This document shows positions 1 to 11,145 of a stretch of DNA of 40,000 nt, one piece after another. Positions within the stretch are counted from its first letter, which is position 1; each line of letters opens with the position of its first letter. The DNA comes from Pseudescherichia vulneris (GTDB taxonomy: Bacteria > Pseudomonadota > Gammaproteobacteria > Enterobacterales > Enterobacteriaceae): assembly GCA_046518185.1 (NCBI GenBank), contig JBKGRZ010000004.1, forward strand, positions 142,015 to 182,014, in the 5' to 3' direction. The notes beneath the pieces were generated by a model. The model ran no database searches. It saw only the letters and a list, made by a program, of their open reading frames with translations, and was not told where the DNA came from. Both the position numbers and the translations under genes were made by a program.

Positions 1-1133
1 TTACCGCCCCACCGTACTACCCGGAATGGCAGGTCGGCGAGCGCTACTCCGCGTGGCGCTATCGCCGCGAAGAGGGGGCTGCCACCGTCTGGCGCTGCCC
101 GTTATACGTGCCAAAGCAGCCTTCCACGCTCAGGCGTCTGATCCACCTCGGCAGCTTCGCGCTGAGCAGCTTTTTCCCGCTGATGGCCCAGCGCCGCTGG
201 AAGCCGGACCGCATTATCGGCGTGGTGCCGACGCTGTTCTGCACCCCGGGAATGCGCCTGCTGGCGAAGCTCTCCGGTGCCCGCACCCTGCTGCACATTC
301 AGGATTACGAAGTCGATGCGATGCTCGGCCTCGGGATGGCGGGTAAAGGCAAGGGCGGAAAAGTGGCGAAACTCGCCAGCCGTTTTGAACGCAGCGGCCT
401 GCATAACGTCGACAACGTCTCCACGATTTCGCGCTCGATGATGAATAAAGCGCAGGAGAAAGGCGTTGCGGCAGACAAAGTGATTTTCTTCCCGAACTGG
501 TCGGAAGTGGCGCGTTTTCGTGACGTGAATCCGACTCAGGTCGTGGTGCTGCGCGAGCAGCTGGGTCTGCCATCAGACCGTAAAATTATTCTTTACTCCG
601 GCAACATCGGCGAAAAGCAGGGGCTGGAAAACGTCGTTGCGGCCGCCGTTGAGTTGCAGGACAAACCGTGGCTGTTCGTGATTGTCGGCCAGGGTGGGGG
701 CAAAGCGCGACTGGAAAAGCGCGTCGCTGAACGCGGCCTGAGCAACGTGCGTTTCTTCCCGTTGCAGTCGTATGAAGCGCTGCCTGCGCTGCTGAAAATG
801 GCCGACTGCCATCTGGTCATCCAGAAACGCGGCGCGGCGGACGCGGTACTGCCTTCGAAACTGACCAATATTCTGGCGGTAGGCGGCAATGCGGTGATCA
901 CCGCTGAAGCCGACACCGAACTCGGCCAGCTTTGCCTGGCACAGCCGGGGATCGCGGTCTGCGTGGAGCCCGAGTCGGTTCCGGCGCTGGTCGACGGGAT
1001 TGAACAGGCTCTGGCGATGCCGCACCACAACGTGATTGCCGGTGAATACGCCGAACGCACGCTCGAAAAGAACAGCGTGCTGAAACAATTTATTGCGGAT
1101 ATCTCTGCACAAGACTTCGGGGTTCAATCATGA
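1..1133 (+). CDS. wcaI: Colanic acid biosynthesis glycosyltransferase WcaI (5'-truncated by window edge)
   Basis: The reading frame is open to the left edge in frame 3 (acc gcc cca ccg tac tac ccg gaa tgg = TAPPYYPEW...). The translation (…[50 protein letters not shown]…[12 protein letters not shown]…) is recognisably E. coli WcaI. Its stop overlaps the next gene's start (ATGA at 1130-1133). The position fits the colanic-acid operon. Confidence 0.93.
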   Translation, partial: TAPPYYPEWQVGERYSAWRYRREEGAATVWRCPLYVPKQPSTLRRLIHLGSFALSSFFPLMAQRRWKPDRIIGVVPTLFCTPGMRLLAKLSGARTLLHIQDYEVDAMLGLGMAGKGKGGKVAKLASRFERSGLHNVDNVSTISRSMMNKAQEKGVAADKVIFFPNWSEVARFRDVNPTQVVVLREQLGLPSDRKIILYSGNIGEKQGLENVVAAAVELQDKPWLFVIVGQGGGKARLEKRVAERGLSNVRFFPLQSYEALPALLKMADCHLVIQKRGAADAVLPSKLTNILAVGGNAVITAEADTELGQLCLAQPGIAVCVEPESVPALVDGIEQALAMPHHNVIAGEYAERTLEKNSVLKQFIADISAQDFGVQS

Positions 1134-2566
1134 GTCAGACACAACTCTTTCCGGTAGTAATGGCCGGTGGCTCCGGTAGCCGTTTATGGCCGCTGTCCCG
1201 GGTACTTTATCCTAAGCAGTTCCTGTGCCTGAAGGGCGATCTGACGATGCTGCAGGCCACCGTCAACCGCCTGAACGGCGTGGAGTGCGAAAGTCCGGTG
1301 GTTATCTGCAACGAGCAGCACCGCTTTATCGTGGCGGAACAGCTGCGCAAGCTTAATAAGCTGACTGAGAACATTATTCTTGAACCGGCAGGGCGGAACA
1401 CCGCCCCAGCGATTGCCCTCGCGGCGCTGGCGGCTAAGCGCAGTTGCCCGAACGGTGACCCGCTGATGCTGGTGCTTGCCGCCGATCACGTCATCCAGAA
1501 TGAAGACGCATTCCGTGCGGCGGTTCGCGATGCGGTGCCGTACGCCGAAAGTGGCAAACTGGTGACGTTCGGCATCGTGCCGAACCTGCCGGAAACCGGC
1601 TACGGCTACATTCGTCGCGGCGACGTCAGCCCGGGCGATAAAGACGCGGTGGCGTTTAACGTGGCGCAGTTTGTGGAAAAACCGAATCTGGAAACCGCGC
1701 AGGCGTATGTCTCCAGCGGGGAATATTACTGGAACAGCGGCATGTTCCTGTTCCGTGCCGGTCGCTATCTGGAAGAGCTCGCCAAATTCCGCCCGGACAT
1801 CATGCAGGCCTGCGAGCAGGCGATGAGCGTGGTTGACCCGGATCTGGACTTCATTCGCGTTGACGAAGCCGCGTTCCTGGCCTGCCCGGAAGAGTCCATC
1901 GACTATGCGGTGATGGAACGCACTGCCGATGCGGTTGTGGTGCCGATGGATGCGGGCTGGAGCGACGTGGGCTCATGGTCCTCGCTGTGGGAAATCAGCA
2001 ACCGGACTGACGAAGGCAACGTGCATCACGGCGACGTTATCAGCCACAACACCGAAAACAGCTACGTGTATGCAGAATCCGGGCTGGTGACTACCGTCGG
2101 GGTGAAAGACCTGGTGGTGGTGCAGACCAAAGATGCGGTGCTGATCGCCGACCGCAACGCGGTGCAGGACGTCAAAAAAGTGGTTGAGCGCATCAAAGCT
2201 GACGGTCGCCATGAGCACCATATTCACCGGGAAGTGTATCGCCCATGGGGGAAATACGACTCCATCGATTCCGGCGAACGCTATCAGGTGAAACGTATCA
2301 CCGTGAAGCCGGGCGAAGGGTTGTCGCTGCAAATGCACCATCACCGCGCCGAACACTGGATTGTGGTGGCCGGTACCGCAAAGGTGACCATCAACGATGA
2401 CGTGAAGCTGCTCGGCGAAAACGAGTCCATCTATATTCCGCTCGGGGCCACGCACTGCCTGGAAAACCCCGGCAAGATCCCGCTCGACCTGATTGAAGTC
2501 CGCTCCGGGTCATACCTCGAAGAGGATGACATTGTACGGTTCGAGGATCGCTACGGACGCATCTGA
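1130..2566 (+). CDS. cpsB: Mannose-1-phosphate guanylyltransferase (GDP-mannose pyrophosphorylase), colanic acid cluster copy
   Basis: 478 aa. The N-terminal [23 protein letters not shown] nucleotidyltransferase motif and the C-terminal cupin region ([17 protein letters not shown]) align along the full length with E. coli CpsB/ManC as I remember it. Confidence 0.96.
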   Translation: MSQTQLFPVVMAGGSGSRLWPLSRVLYPKQFLCLKGDLTMLQATVNRLNGVECESPVVICNEQHRFIVAEQLRKLNKLTENIILEPAGRNTAPAIALAALAAKRSCPNGDPLMLVLAADHVIQNEDAFRAAVRDAVPYAESGKLVTFGIVPNLPETGYGYIRRGDVSPGDKDAVAFNVAQFVEKPNLETAQAYVSSGEYYWNSGMFLFRAGRYLEELAKFRPDIMQACEQAMSVVDPDLDFIRVDEAAFLACPEESIDYAVMERTADAVVVPMDAGWSDVGSWSSLWEISNRTDEGNVHHGDVISHNTENSYVYAESGLVTTVGVKDLVVVQTKDAVLIADRNAVQDVKKVVERIKADGRHEHHIHREVYRPWGKYDSIDSGERYQVKRITVKPGEGLSLQMHHHRAEHWIVVAGTAKVTINDDVKLLGENESIYIPLGATHCLENPGKIPLDLIEVRSGSYLEEDDIVRFEDRYGRI

Positions 2567-2572
2567 TTCCCG

Positions 2573-2641
2573 CCGGATGGCGCTGTGCTTATCCGGCCTA
2601 CGCATGATCCGTAGGCCCGGTAAGCGCAGCGCCACCGGGCA
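2573..2641. repeat. Pair of inverted REP elements (BIME-like) in the cpsB-cpsG intergenic region
   Basis: gccggatggcgctgtgcttatccggcctacg / cgtaggcccggtaagcgcagcgccaccgggc. Both halves match the enterobacterial REP consensus (…GCCGGATG…CTTATCCGGCCTAC) and are arranged head-to-head. The region is non-coding. Confidence 0.8.
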
Positions 2642-2707
2642 ATATATTAAATCTTAATCAGGCCCTGATGGGTCCGGGTTAAGTGTTGCCTGAAGAAGAG
2701 GTACACC

Positions 2708-4078
2708 ATGACTGAATTAACCTGTTTTAAAGCCTACGATATTCGCGGCAAGCTGGGCGAAGAGCTGAACGAAGAGATCGCCTGGCGGATTGGCCGGGCG
2801 TACGGTGAGTTCCTGAAACCAAAGACCATCGTGCTCGGCGGCGATGTGCGCCTGACCAGTGAATCGCTGAAGATGGCGCTGGCCAAAGGCCTGCGCGATG
2901 CGGGCGTCGACGTGCTGGATATCGGCCTGTCCGGCACTGAAGAAATCTATTTCGCCACCTTCCACCTCGGCGTGGATGGCGGCATCGAAGTCACCGCCAG
3001 CCATAACCCGATGGATTACAACGGCATGAAGCTGGTGCGGGAAGGCGCCCGTCCCATCAGCGGTGACACCGGCCTGCGCGATGTGCAGCGTCTGGCAGAA
3101 GCCAACGACTTCCCGCCGGTGGTGGAGTCCAGACGTGGCAGCTATCAGAAAATCGACCTGCGTAAAGCCTATGTCGATCATCTGCTCGGTTATATCGACA
3201 CGGCCAACCTCAAACCCCTCAAGCTGGTGATTAACTCCGGTAACGGCGCGGCTGGCCCGGTGATTGACGCCCTGGAAGCGCGCTTCCAGGCAATGAACCT
3301 GCCGGTCACCTTTATCAAAGTTCACAACACCCCGGACGGCAATTTCCCGAACGGTATCCCGAACCCGCTGCTGCCGGAGTGTCGCGCCGATACCCGTAAT
3401 GCAGTGATCGAACACGGCGCGGATATGGGCATCGCCTTTGACGGCGACTTTGACCGCTGCTTCCTGTTTGATGAAACCGGGCAGTTTATCGAGGGCTACT
3501 ACATCGTCGGTCTGCTAGCGGAAGCGTTCCTCGAAAAACAGCCCGGCGAGCGCATCATCCACGATCCGCGTCTGTCCTGGAACACCGTCGACGTGGTGAA
3601 CCTGGCGGGCGGCACCCCGGTAATGTCGAAAACCGGCCACGCGTTCATCAAAGAGCGTATGCGCCAGGAAGATGCCATCTACGGCGGCGAGATGAGCGCC
3701 CATCACTACTTCCGTGATTTTGCCTATTGCGACAGCGGGATGATCCCGTGGCTGCTGGTGACCGAGCTGCTGTGCCTGAAAGGCAAAACGCTGGGCGAAC
3801 TGGTGCGTGACCGCATGGCGGCGTTCCCGGCGAGCGGCGAAATCAACAGCAAGCTGGCCGATCCGGTAACGGCGATTGCCCGCGTTGAGCAGCATTTTGC
3901 GCCGCACGCGCTGGACGTTGACCGCACCGATGGCATCAGCCTGGCATTCGACGAATGGCGCTTTAATTTGCGCTCATCGAACACCGAGCCGGTGGTGCGT
4001 CTGAACGTGGAATCCCGTGGGGACACGGCGCTGATGGAAGCGAAAACGAAAGACATTCTGGCGCTGCTGAATCAGTAA
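2708..4078 (+). CDS. cpsG: Phosphomannomutase, colanic acid cluster copy
   Basis: 456 aa. It has the active-site TASHNP motif (…[18 protein letters not shown]…), the DGDFDR metal-binding motif, and GEMSAHHYF. It is collinear with E. coli CpsG/ManB. Confidence 0.96.
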   Translation: MTELTCFKAYDIRGKLGEELNEEIAWRIGRAYGEFLKPKTIVLGGDVRLTSESLKMALAKGLRDAGVDVLDIGLSGTEEIYFATFHLGVDGGIEVTASHNPMDYNGMKLVREGARPISGDTGLRDVQRLAEANDFPPVVESRRGSYQKIDLRKAYVDHLLGYIDTANLKPLKLVINSGNGAAGPVIDALEARFQAMNLPVTFIKVHNTPDGNFPNGIPNPLLPECRADTRNAVIEHGADMGIAFDGDFDRCFLFDETGQFIEGYYIVGLLAEAFLEKQPGERIIHDPRLSWNTVDVVNLAGGTPVMSKTGHAFIKERMRQEDAIYGGEMSAHHYFRDFAYCDSGMIPWLLVTELLCLKGKTLGELVRDRMAAFPASGEINSKLADPVTAIARVEQHFAPHALDVDRTDGISLAFDEWRFNLRSSNTEPVVRLNVESRGDTALMEAKTKDILALLNQ

Positions 4079-4084
4079 ATACAT

Positions 4085-4115
4085 ACCCTCTCCCGGACGG
4101 GGGAGGGTCATTTTT
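4085..4115 (+). terminator. Intra-operon GC-rich hairpin plus short T-run between cpsG and wcaJ (leaky terminator or RNA-stabilising hairpin)
   Basis: accctctccc-ggac-gggggagggt forms a 10-bp stem (one G·U) with a 4-nt loop, followed by cattttt. It lies 7 nt after the cpsG stop. Confidence 0.45.
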
Positions 4116-4128
4116 AACAGGAACAACG

Positions 4129-5523
4129 ATGACGACTCTAAGAAAGCGCGAACGAGCCAAAACGAATGCATCGTTAATCTCAATGGTGCAGCGATTCTCC
4201 GACATTACCATTATGTTCGGCGGGCTGTGGGTGGTCTGCAAAGGCGCTGCACTGCCGTTTTCCTACATGCATTTGCTGATGGCGCTGATTACCCTGGTGG
4301 TGTTTCAGATGATCGGCGGAATGACCGATTTCTATCGCTCATGGCGCGGCGTGCGTATCACCACCGAACTGTTATTACTGCTACAAAACTGGACTCTGGC
4401 CCTGATTTTCAGCGCCGGGCTGCTGGCCTTTAACGACGACTTCAGCAACAGCTTTGCCGTATGGCTCGCCTGGTATCTGCTGAGCGCCTGCGGCATGGTG
4501 GCCTGTCGCGCCTTTATCCGTTATGGCGTGGGCTGGCTGCGTAACCGCGGCTACAACATCCGCCAGGTGGCGGTGGCGGGCGATATGCCTGCGGGGCAAA
4601 TTTTGCTCGACAGCTTCCGCAATCAACCGTGGCTCGGCTTTGAAGTGGTGGGCAGCTATCACGATCCTAAACCGGGTGGCGTCAATGCCGACTGGGCGGG
4701 CAATTATCAACAGCTGATCGAAGATGCGCGCGCCGGGAAAATCCATAACGTCTATATCGCGCTGTCGATGCAGGAAGAAGCCTGCATCAAAGATCTGGTG
4801 CGCGAGCTGGCCGACACCACCTGTTCGGTGATCCTTATCCCGGATGTTTTCACCTTCAATATTCTGCATTCGCGTATCGACGAAGTGAACGGCGTGCCGG
4901 TAGTGCCGCTGTATGACACGCCTTTATCCGGCCTGAATCGCGTGCTGAAACGGGTGGAAGATATTGTGCTGGCCAGCCTGATCCTGCTGCTTATCTCCCC
5001 GGTGCTGGCGTGTATTGCGCTGGCGGTCAAAATCACCTCGCCGGGCCCGGTAATTTTCCGCCAGACCCGTTACGGCATGGACGGGAAGCCTATCAAAGTG
5101 TGGAAATTCCGTTCGATGCGGGTGATGGAAAATGACGCCGTCGTTACCCAGGCCACCCAGAACGACCCACGCGTGACACGCGTCGGCAACTTCCTGCGCC
5201 GTACCTCGCTGGATGAACTGCCGCAGTTTATCAATGTGTTGACCGGGGGGATGTCGATTGTTGGCCCGCGTCCGCATGCGGTGGCGCACAACGAACAGTA
5301 TCGTCAGCTGATTGAAGGCTACATGCTGCGCCATAAGGTGAAACCGGGCATTACCGGCTGGGCGCAGATTAACGGCTGGCGCGGTGAAACCGACACCCTG
5401 GAAAAGATGGAAAAGCGTATCGAGTTTGACCTCGAGTACATCCGTGAATGGAGCCTGTGGTTCGACATTCGCATTGTTTTCCTTACCATTTTCAAAGGCT
5501 TTGTCAACAAAGCAGCGTATTGA
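4129..5523 (+). CDS. wcaJ: Undecaprenyl-phosphate glucose-1-phosphate transferase (colanic acid initiating enzyme)
   Basis: 464 aa. It has N-terminal TM segments and a C-terminal bacterial sugar-transferase domain (…PGPVIFRQTRYGMDGKPIKVWKFRSM…DELPQFINVLTGGMSIVGPRP…). The position matches E. coli WcaJ. Confidence 0.95.
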   Translation: MTTLRKRERAKTNASLISMVQRFSDITIMFGGLWVVCKGAALPFSYMHLLMALITLVVFQMIGGMTDFYRSWRGVRITTELLLLLQNWTLALIFSAGLLAFNDDFSNSFAVWLAWYLLSACGMVACRAFIRYGVGWLRNRGYNIRQVAVAGDMPAGQILLDSFRNQPWLGFEVVGSYHDPKPGGVNADWAGNYQQLIEDARAGKIHNVYIALSMQEEACIKDLVRELADTTCSVILIPDVFTFNILHSRIDEVNGVPVVPLYDTPLSGLNRVLKRVEDIVLASLILLLISPVLACIALAVKITSPGPVIFRQTRYGMDGKPIKVWKFRSMRVMENDAVVTQATQNDPRVTRVGNFLRRTSLDELPQFINVLTGGMSIVGPRPHAVAHNEQYRQLIEGYMLRHKVKPGITGWAQINGWRGETDTLEKMEKRIEFDLEYIREWSLWFDIRIVFLTIFKGFVNKAAY

Positions 5524-5532
5524 GGAAGTGAC

Positions 5533-7011
5533 ATGAGCCTGAGAGAAAAAACCATCAGCGGGGCCAAGTGGTCCGCGATGGCCACGGTGGTCATCATCGG
5601 CCTGGGGCTGGTGCAGATGACCGTGCTGGCGAGGATTATCGACAATCACCAGTTCGGTCTGCTGACCGTGTCGCTGGTGATCATCGCCCTGGCGGACACG
5701 CTGTCGGATTTTGGCATTGCCAACTCCATTATCCAGCGTAAAGAAATCAGCCATCTGGAGCTGACCACGCTCTACTGGCTGAACGTCGGCTTAGGGATTG
5801 TGGTGTTCGCGCTGGTGTTTTCCCTGAGTGGGTTCATTGCTGACATTCTGCATAACCCGGATCTGGCTCCGCTGATGCGCACGTTGTCGTTTGCATTTGT
5901 GGTCATCCCGCACGGGCAGCAGTTCCGCGCCCTGATGCAAAAAGAGCTGGAATTCAACAAGATTGGCATGATTGAAACCTCCGCCGTACTGGCGGGGTTC
6001 ACCTTTACGGTGGTGAGTGCGCATTTCTGGCCGCTGGCAATGACCGCGATCCTCGGTTATCTGGTCAACAGTGCGGTGCGGACCCTGCTGTTTGGCTGGT
6101 TTGGGCGCCGGATTTATCGTCCGGGGCTGCATTTCTCGCTGGCCTCTGTTTCCTCTAACCTGCGCTTCGGCGCGTGGCTGACTGCCGACAGCATCATCAA
6201 CTATGTGAACACCAACCTCTCTACCCTGGTACTGGCGCGTATTCTCGGGGCCAGCGTCGCCGGGGGCTACAACCTGGCGTACAACGTCGCCGTGGTGCCG
6301 CCGATGAAGCTCAACCCGATTATCACCCGCGTGCTGTTCCCGGCGTTCGCCAAAATTCAGGACGATACCGCCAAACTGCGCGTGAACTTTTACAAGCTGC
6401 TGTCGGTAGTGGGCATTATCAACTTCCCGGTGCTGCTGGGCCTGATGGTGGTCAGCAACAATGTGGTGCCGCTGGTATTCGGCGAGAAGTGGGTCAGCAT
6501 TGTGCCTGTCCTGCAACTGCTGTGCGTGGTCGGGTTACTGCGTTCGGTCGGGAACCCGATTGGCTCGCTGCTGATGGCCAAAGCGCGCGTCGATATCAGC
6601 TTTAAATTCAACGTGTTCAAAACCTTCCTGTTTATTCCGGCCATTATCACCGGCGGCCATCTGGCCGGGGCGCTGGGCGTGACGCTCGGCTTCCTGCTGG
6701 TGCAGGTGGTGAATACCGTGCTGAGCTATTTCGTGATGATCAAACCGGTCCTGGGGTCGAGCTATCGGCAATACATTCTCAGCCTGTGGCTGCCGTTTTA
6801 TCTGTCACTGCCGACGCTGGTGGTGAGCTACGGACTCGGCGTAGCGCTGAACGGCGTACTGTCCCTGCCGCTGCTGCTGGCGATTCAGATTGCCGCCGGG
6901 GCGCTGGCGTTCGCGTTCATGATTGTGCTGTCGCGCCACCCGCTGGTGGTGGAGATGAAACGCCAGCTGTGCCGTAGTGAAAAAATGAAAGTGCTTTTGC
7001 GTGCGGACTGA
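5533..7011 (+). CDS. wzxC: Colanic acid repeat-unit flippase (MOP/PST family)
   Basis: 492 aa, highly hydrophobic and multi-TM throughout. It is syntenic with E. coli WzxC between wcaJ and wcaK. Confidence 0.92.
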   Translation: MSLREKTISGAKWSAMATVVIIGLGLVQMTVLARIIDNHQFGLLTVSLVIIALADTLSDFGIANSIIQRKEISHLELTTLYWLNVGLGIVVFALVFSLSGFIADILHNPDLAPLMRTLSFAFVVIPHGQQFRALMQKELEFNKIGMIETSAVLAGFTFTVVSAHFWPLAMTAILGYLVNSAVRTLLFGWFGRRIYRPGLHFSLASVSSNLRFGAWLTADSIINYVNTNLSTLVLARILGASVAGGYNLAYNVAVVPPMKLNPIITRVLFPAFAKIQDDTAKLRVNFYKLLSVVGIINFPVLLGLMVVSNNVVPLVFGEKWVSIVPVLQLLCVVGLLRSVGNPIGSLLMAKARVDISFKFNVFKTFLFIPAIITGGHLAGALGVTLGFLLVQVVNTVLSYFVMIKPVLGSSYRQYILSLWLPFYLSLPTLVVSYGLGVALNGVLSLPLLLAIQIAAGALAFAFMIVLSRHPLVVEMKRQLCRSEKMKVLLRAD

Positions 7012-7060
7012 GTGATTCAGCCGCCCCCGATGAATTAAGAACCCCTATAAGAGGTCACAC

Positions 7061-8341
7061 ATGAAATTACTGATCCTTGGCAACCACACCTGCGGCAACC
7101 GTGGTGACAGCGCCATTTTGCGCGGCCTGCTTGATGCCATTGCCATCCTGAACCCGGAGGCGGAAGTGGACGTGATGAGCCGCTATCCGGTGAGTTCTTC
7201 CTGGTTGTTGAATCGTCCGGTAATGGGCGATCCGCTGTATACCCAGATGAAACAGCACAACAGCGCGGCGGGCGTGGTGGGGCGTGTGAAAAAAGTCCTG
7301 CGTCGTCGCTATCAGCATCAGGTGCTGCTCTCCCGCGTTACCGACAGCGGCAAGCTGCGCAATATCGCCATCGCGCAGGGGTTTACCGATTTCGTTCGTC
7401 TGCTCAGCAACTATGACGCGATTATTCAGGTAGGCGGTTCGTTCTTTGTGGACCTGTACGGTGCGCCGCAGTTTGAGCATGCGCTCTGTACGTTCATGGC
7501 CAAAAAACCGCTGTACATGATGGGTCACAGCGTCGGCCCGTTCCAGGAGCCGCAGTTTAACCAGCTCGCGAACTACGTTTTTGGCCAGTGCGATGCGCTG
7601 ATCCTGCGTGAATCCGTCAGCCTGAACCTGATGCAGCGCAGCGATATCACCACCGCCAAAGTTGAGCAGGGGGTCGATACCGCCTGGCTGGTCGATCATC
7701 ACGAACACGATTTCACCGCCAGCTATGCGGTGGAGTACTGGCTGAACAAAATCGGCCAGCAAAAAACCGTGGCCGTTACCCTGCGTGAACTGGCGCCGTT
7801 TGATAAACGTCTTGGCACCACCCAACAGGCGTACGAAGAAGCCTTTGCCGGGGTGGTGAACCGTATTATTGAATCTGGCTATCAGGTGATTGCGCTCTCA
7901 ACCTGCACCGGGATCGACAGCTACAACAAAGATGACCGCATGGTGGCCCTGAACCTGCAAAAGCATATCAGCGACACCTCCCGCTACCACGTGGTGATGG
8001 ACGAACTGAATGACCTCGAAATGGGCAAAATCCTCGGCGCCTGTGATTTGACCGTCGGCACCCGTCTGCATTCGGCGATCATCTCAATGAACTTCGACAC
8101 CCCGGCGATTGCTATCAACTACGAACACAAGTCCGCCGGGATCATGCAGCAGCTTGGGATGCCGGAAATGGCTATCGACATCCGTCATCTGCTCGACGGC
8201 AGTCTCGGGGCGATGGTGGCCGACACCCTCGGCCAGTTGCCCGCGATTAATGAACGCCTGCGCGTGGCGGTGAAGGCCGAGCGCCAGACCGGTATGCAAA
8301 TGGTCAAATCCGTGCTGGACCGCATCGGGGAGGGAAAATGA
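7061..8341 (+). CDS. wcaK: Colanic acid pyruvyl transferase
   Basis: 426 aa. MKLLILGNHTCGNRGDSAILRGLLDAI… is a polysaccharide pyruvyl-transferase-family N-terminus. It is syntenic with E. coli WcaK. Confidence 0.9.
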   Translation: MKLLILGNHTCGNRGDSAILRGLLDAIAILNPEAEVDVMSRYPVSSSWLLNRPVMGDPLYTQMKQHNSAAGVVGRVKKVLRRRYQHQVLLSRVTDSGKLRNIAIAQGFTDFVRLLSNYDAIIQVGGSFFVDLYGAPQFEHALCTFMAKKPLYMMGHSVGPFQEPQFNQLANYVFGQCDALILRESVSLNLMQRSDITTAKVEQGVDTAWLVDHHEHDFTASYAVEYWLNKIGQQKTVAVTLRELAPFDKRLGTTQQAYEEAFAGVVNRIIESGYQVIALSTCTGIDSYNKDDRMVALNLQKHISDTSRYHVVMDELNDLEMGKILGACDLTVGTRLHSAIISMNFDTPAIAINYEHKSAGIMQQLGMPEMAIDIRHLLDGSLGAMVADTLGQLPAINERLRVAVKAERQTGMQMVKSVLDRIGEGK

Positions 8342-9558
8342 AGGTTGGTTTCTTCCTGTTAAAATTCCCGTTGTCGTCAGAGACCTTTGTTTTAAATCAG
8401 ATTGTGGCGTTTATTGAGATGGGCTATGAGGTGGAGATTGTCGCGCTACTGAAGGGCGACATGACCCACACCCATGAGGCGTATACCCGCTACGGCCTGG
8501 AGCAGAAAACCCGCTGGTTGCAGGATGAACCCGCGGGCAAACTGACCAAACTGCGCTATCGTGCGTTTAATACCCTGAAAGGGTTGCATCGGGGTGCGAC
8601 CTGGCGGGCACTGAACGCCCGCCGTTACGGCCATGAAGCGCGCAATTTAATCCTCTCCTCTATTGCGGCGCAAAACACCACGCCCCTCTGTGCCGATGTG
8701 TTTATCGCCCACTTTGGCCCGGCGGGCGTGACTGCCGCCAAGTTGCGCGAGCTGGGCGTTCTGCGCGGTAAAATTGCCACCGTCTTCCACGGGATCGACA
8801 TCTCCAGCCGGGAGGTCCTCAGCCATTACACCCCGGAGTATCAGCAGCTGTTTCGTCGCGGCGATTTAATGCTGCCGATCAGTGACCTGTGGGCGGGGCG
8901 TCTGAAGACGATGGGCTGCCCGGCGGACAAAATCGTGGTGTCGCGCATGGGCGTCAACATGGAGCGCTTTGCGCTACGCCCGGTAAAAGCCCCGGATGAG
9001 ACGCTGCACATTATCTCCGTCGCGCGCTTAACCGAGAAAAAAGGACTGCACGTGGCGATAGAGGCCTGCCGTCAGCTGAAAGAACGCGGGGTGCGTTTTC
9101 ACTATCGCATTCTGGGCATTGGCCCTTGGGAGCGCCGCCTGCGTACGCTTATCGAGCAGTATCAGCTTGAGGACGTGATAGAGATGCCCGGGTTTGCGCC
9201 CAGCCATCAGGTGAAAGCGATGCTCGATGAGGCCGACGTGTTTCTGCTGCCGTCCATCACCGGGGCCGATGGCGATATGGAAGGCATTCCCGTCGCGCTG
9301 ATGGAAGCGATGGCGGTGGGTATTCCGGTGGTGTCCACGGTGCACAGCGGCATTCCTGAGCTTATCGATGCCGGTGAGTCCGGATGGCTGGTGCCGGAGA
9401 ACGACGCGGCATCGCTGGCCGACAGACTCAACGCGCTGGGGGCGTTTGACCAGCAGGCACTGCACCCGGTAGTGACCAAAGCGCGGGCCAAAGTCGAAGC
9501 TGAGTTCAACCAGCAGGTGATTAACCGCGAGTTAGCCAGCCTGCTGCAGACGCTGTAA
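8338..9558 (+). CDS. wcaL: Colanic acid glycosyltransferase (GT4-type)
   Basis: 406 aa. [22 protein letters not shown]… and the C-terminal GT-B EX7E region (…[22 protein letters not shown]…) match E. coli WcaL. The start overlaps the wcaK stop (ATGA). Confidence 0.93.
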   Translation: MKVGFFLLKFPLSSETFVLNQIVAFIEMGYEVEIVALLKGDMTHTHEAYTRYGLEQKTRWLQDEPAGKLTKLRYRAFNTLKGLHRGATWRALNARRYGHEARNLILSSIAAQNTTPLCADVFIAHFGPAGVTAAKLRELGVLRGKIATVFHGIDISSREVLSHYTPEYQQLFRRGDLMLPISDLWAGRLKTMGCPADKIVVSRMGVNMERFALRPVKAPDETLHIISVARLTEKKGLHVAIEACRQLKERGVRFHYRILGIGPWERRLRTLIEQYQLEDVIEMPGFAPSHQVKAMLDEADVFLLPSITGADGDMEGIPVALMEAMAVGIPVVSTVHSGIPELIDAGESGWLVPENDAASLADRLNALGAFDQQALHPVVTKARAKVEAEFNQQVINRELASLLQTL

Positions 9559-9571
9559 AAAAAGAGGACGC

Positions 9572-10975
9572 ATGACCGATAAAAAAATCACGCTATCACG
9601 ACGCGCCTTCCTTGGGGCCAGCTCTGCGCTGGCCGCTCTGCCGCTCATTAACACGCCTGCCGCCCGGGCGCTGGGGCGTAAAGATCCGGTCGATATCCGC
9701 CAGTACAATCCCGGCAACGACTGGATCCGTGCTTTCAACGATGCGTTTAAAGACGCCGACGTGGTTGAAGTGCCATCGGGCGTGGTCTGTGAAAATATCA
9801 ACACCGGGATCATCATTCCGCCGGGCAAAACCCTGCAGATTGCCGGTGCCCTGAAGGGCAACGGGCGCGGGCGCTTTGCGTTGCAGGATGGCTGTAAAAT
9901 CATCGGCAAAAACGGCAGTCTGAACAATATATGCCTCGATGTGCGCGGCTCAGACTGTGTGATTCAGGGCGTGACGCTGAGTGGTTACGGCCCGGTCGCA
10001 CAGATATATATTGGCGGAAAAAATAAGCGCAACATGCGTAATCTGCTGATCGACAATATCACCGTCACCAGGGCCAACTACGGCATTCTGCGTCAGGGCT
10101 TTCATAACCAGTTTGACGGGGTGAAGATTACTCACAGTCGTTTCACCCATTTGCAGGGAGATGCCATCGAGTGGAACGTGGCGATCAACGATAAAAATAT
10201 CCTGATCTCAGACCACGTTATCGACAACATCAACTGCACCAACGGCAAAATCAACTGGGGGATCGGCATTGGCCTGGCGGGCAGTACCTACGACAATGGC
10301 TACCCGGAAGAGCAGGCGGTCAAGAATTTTGTGGTGGCCAATATCACCGGCAGCAACTGTCGGCAGCTGGTTCACGTCGAGAACGGCAAACACTTTATTA
10401 TTCGTAATATCAAGGCGCGTAATATTACCCCGGCGTTCAGTAAGAAGGCGGGCATTGATAATGCCACCGTAGCCATTTACGGCTGTGATAATTTCATTAT
10501 TGATAATGTCGATATGGTCAATAGCGCCGGGATGCTGATTGGCTATGGCGTTATCAAGGGCAAATACCTCTCGATCCCGCAAAACTTCAAGCTCAATGAT
10601 GTGACGATGGATAACACCACGCTGCCGTACAAGCTGCGTGGGATCCAGATATCTTCCGGCAACGCGCAGTCGTTCGTGGCGATAACCAACCTCAACCTGA
10701 AACGTGCCTCGCTTGAGATGCACAACAAGCCGCAGCATCTGTTTATGCGCAACATCAGCGTGATGCAGGATGCCGACCGCGGCCCGGCACTGTCGATGAA
10801 CTTCGACCTGCGCAAAGACGTGCGCGGTAAGTTCATGGCAAAAGAGGACACGCTGCTCTCACTGGCCAACATCAGGGCGGTGAACGAGAAGGGCGTACGT
10901 TCGGTCGACATCGACCGGGTTGATCAGCAGGTCGTCAACGCCAGCGGGTTAAATTTCAGGCTGCCGGGTAAATAA
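9572..10975 (+). CDS. wcaM: Colanic acid biosynthesis protein WcaM (Tat-signal, beta-helix-like)
   Basis: 467 aa. It is the last gene of the wca operon, as in E. coli. The N-terminal twin-arginine-type signal [26 protein letters not shown] is visible. The repetitive N/I/G-rich body is typical of right-handed beta-helix proteins. Confidence 0.88.
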   Translation: MTDKKITLSRRAFLGASSALAALPLINTPAARALGRKDPVDIRQYNPGNDWIRAFNDAFKDADVVEVPSGVVCENINTGIIIPPGKTLQIAGALKGNGRGRFALQDGCKIIGKNGSLNNICLDVRGSDCVIQGVTLSGYGPVAQIYIGGKNKRNMRNLLIDNITVTRANYGILRQGFHNQFDGVKITHSRFTHLQGDAIEWNVAINDKNILISDHVIDNINCTNGKINWGIGIGLAGSTYDNGYPEEQAVKNFVVANITGSNCRQLVHVENGKHFIIRNIKARNITPAFSKKAGIDNATVAIYGCDNFIIDNVDMVNSAGMLIGYGVIKGKYLSIPQNFKLNDVTMDNTTLPYKLRGIQISSGNAQSFVAITNLNLKRASLEMHNKPQHLFMRNISVMQDADRGPALSMNFDLRKDVRGKFMAKEDTLLSLANIRAVNEKGVRSVDIDRVDQQVVNASGLNFRLPGK

Positions 10976-11145
10976 TTTGGGAGATAATCACCAGGAAAGA
11001 CGGTATTAATTAGCCATTTTCTTGCTGGATATCGCTTGGTAAATGTTTATAATTCCAAAAATCTTACGTACTCGTGTACGACGGTGGTAAATGCTTCCCA
11101 AGCAAGATGCCTATCTTTTATGCAGTATCAAAAAATTAAGTGATT

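Noticed and set aside
11022-11053. A possible sigma-70 promoter for gne (TTGCTG … TATAAT) in the wcaM-gne spacer.
   Set aside because: The -10 is perfect (TATAAT at 11048-11053), but the only -35-like hexamer is 20 nt away, outside the functional 16-18 nt spacing. It is not supportable as a feature from sequence alone.
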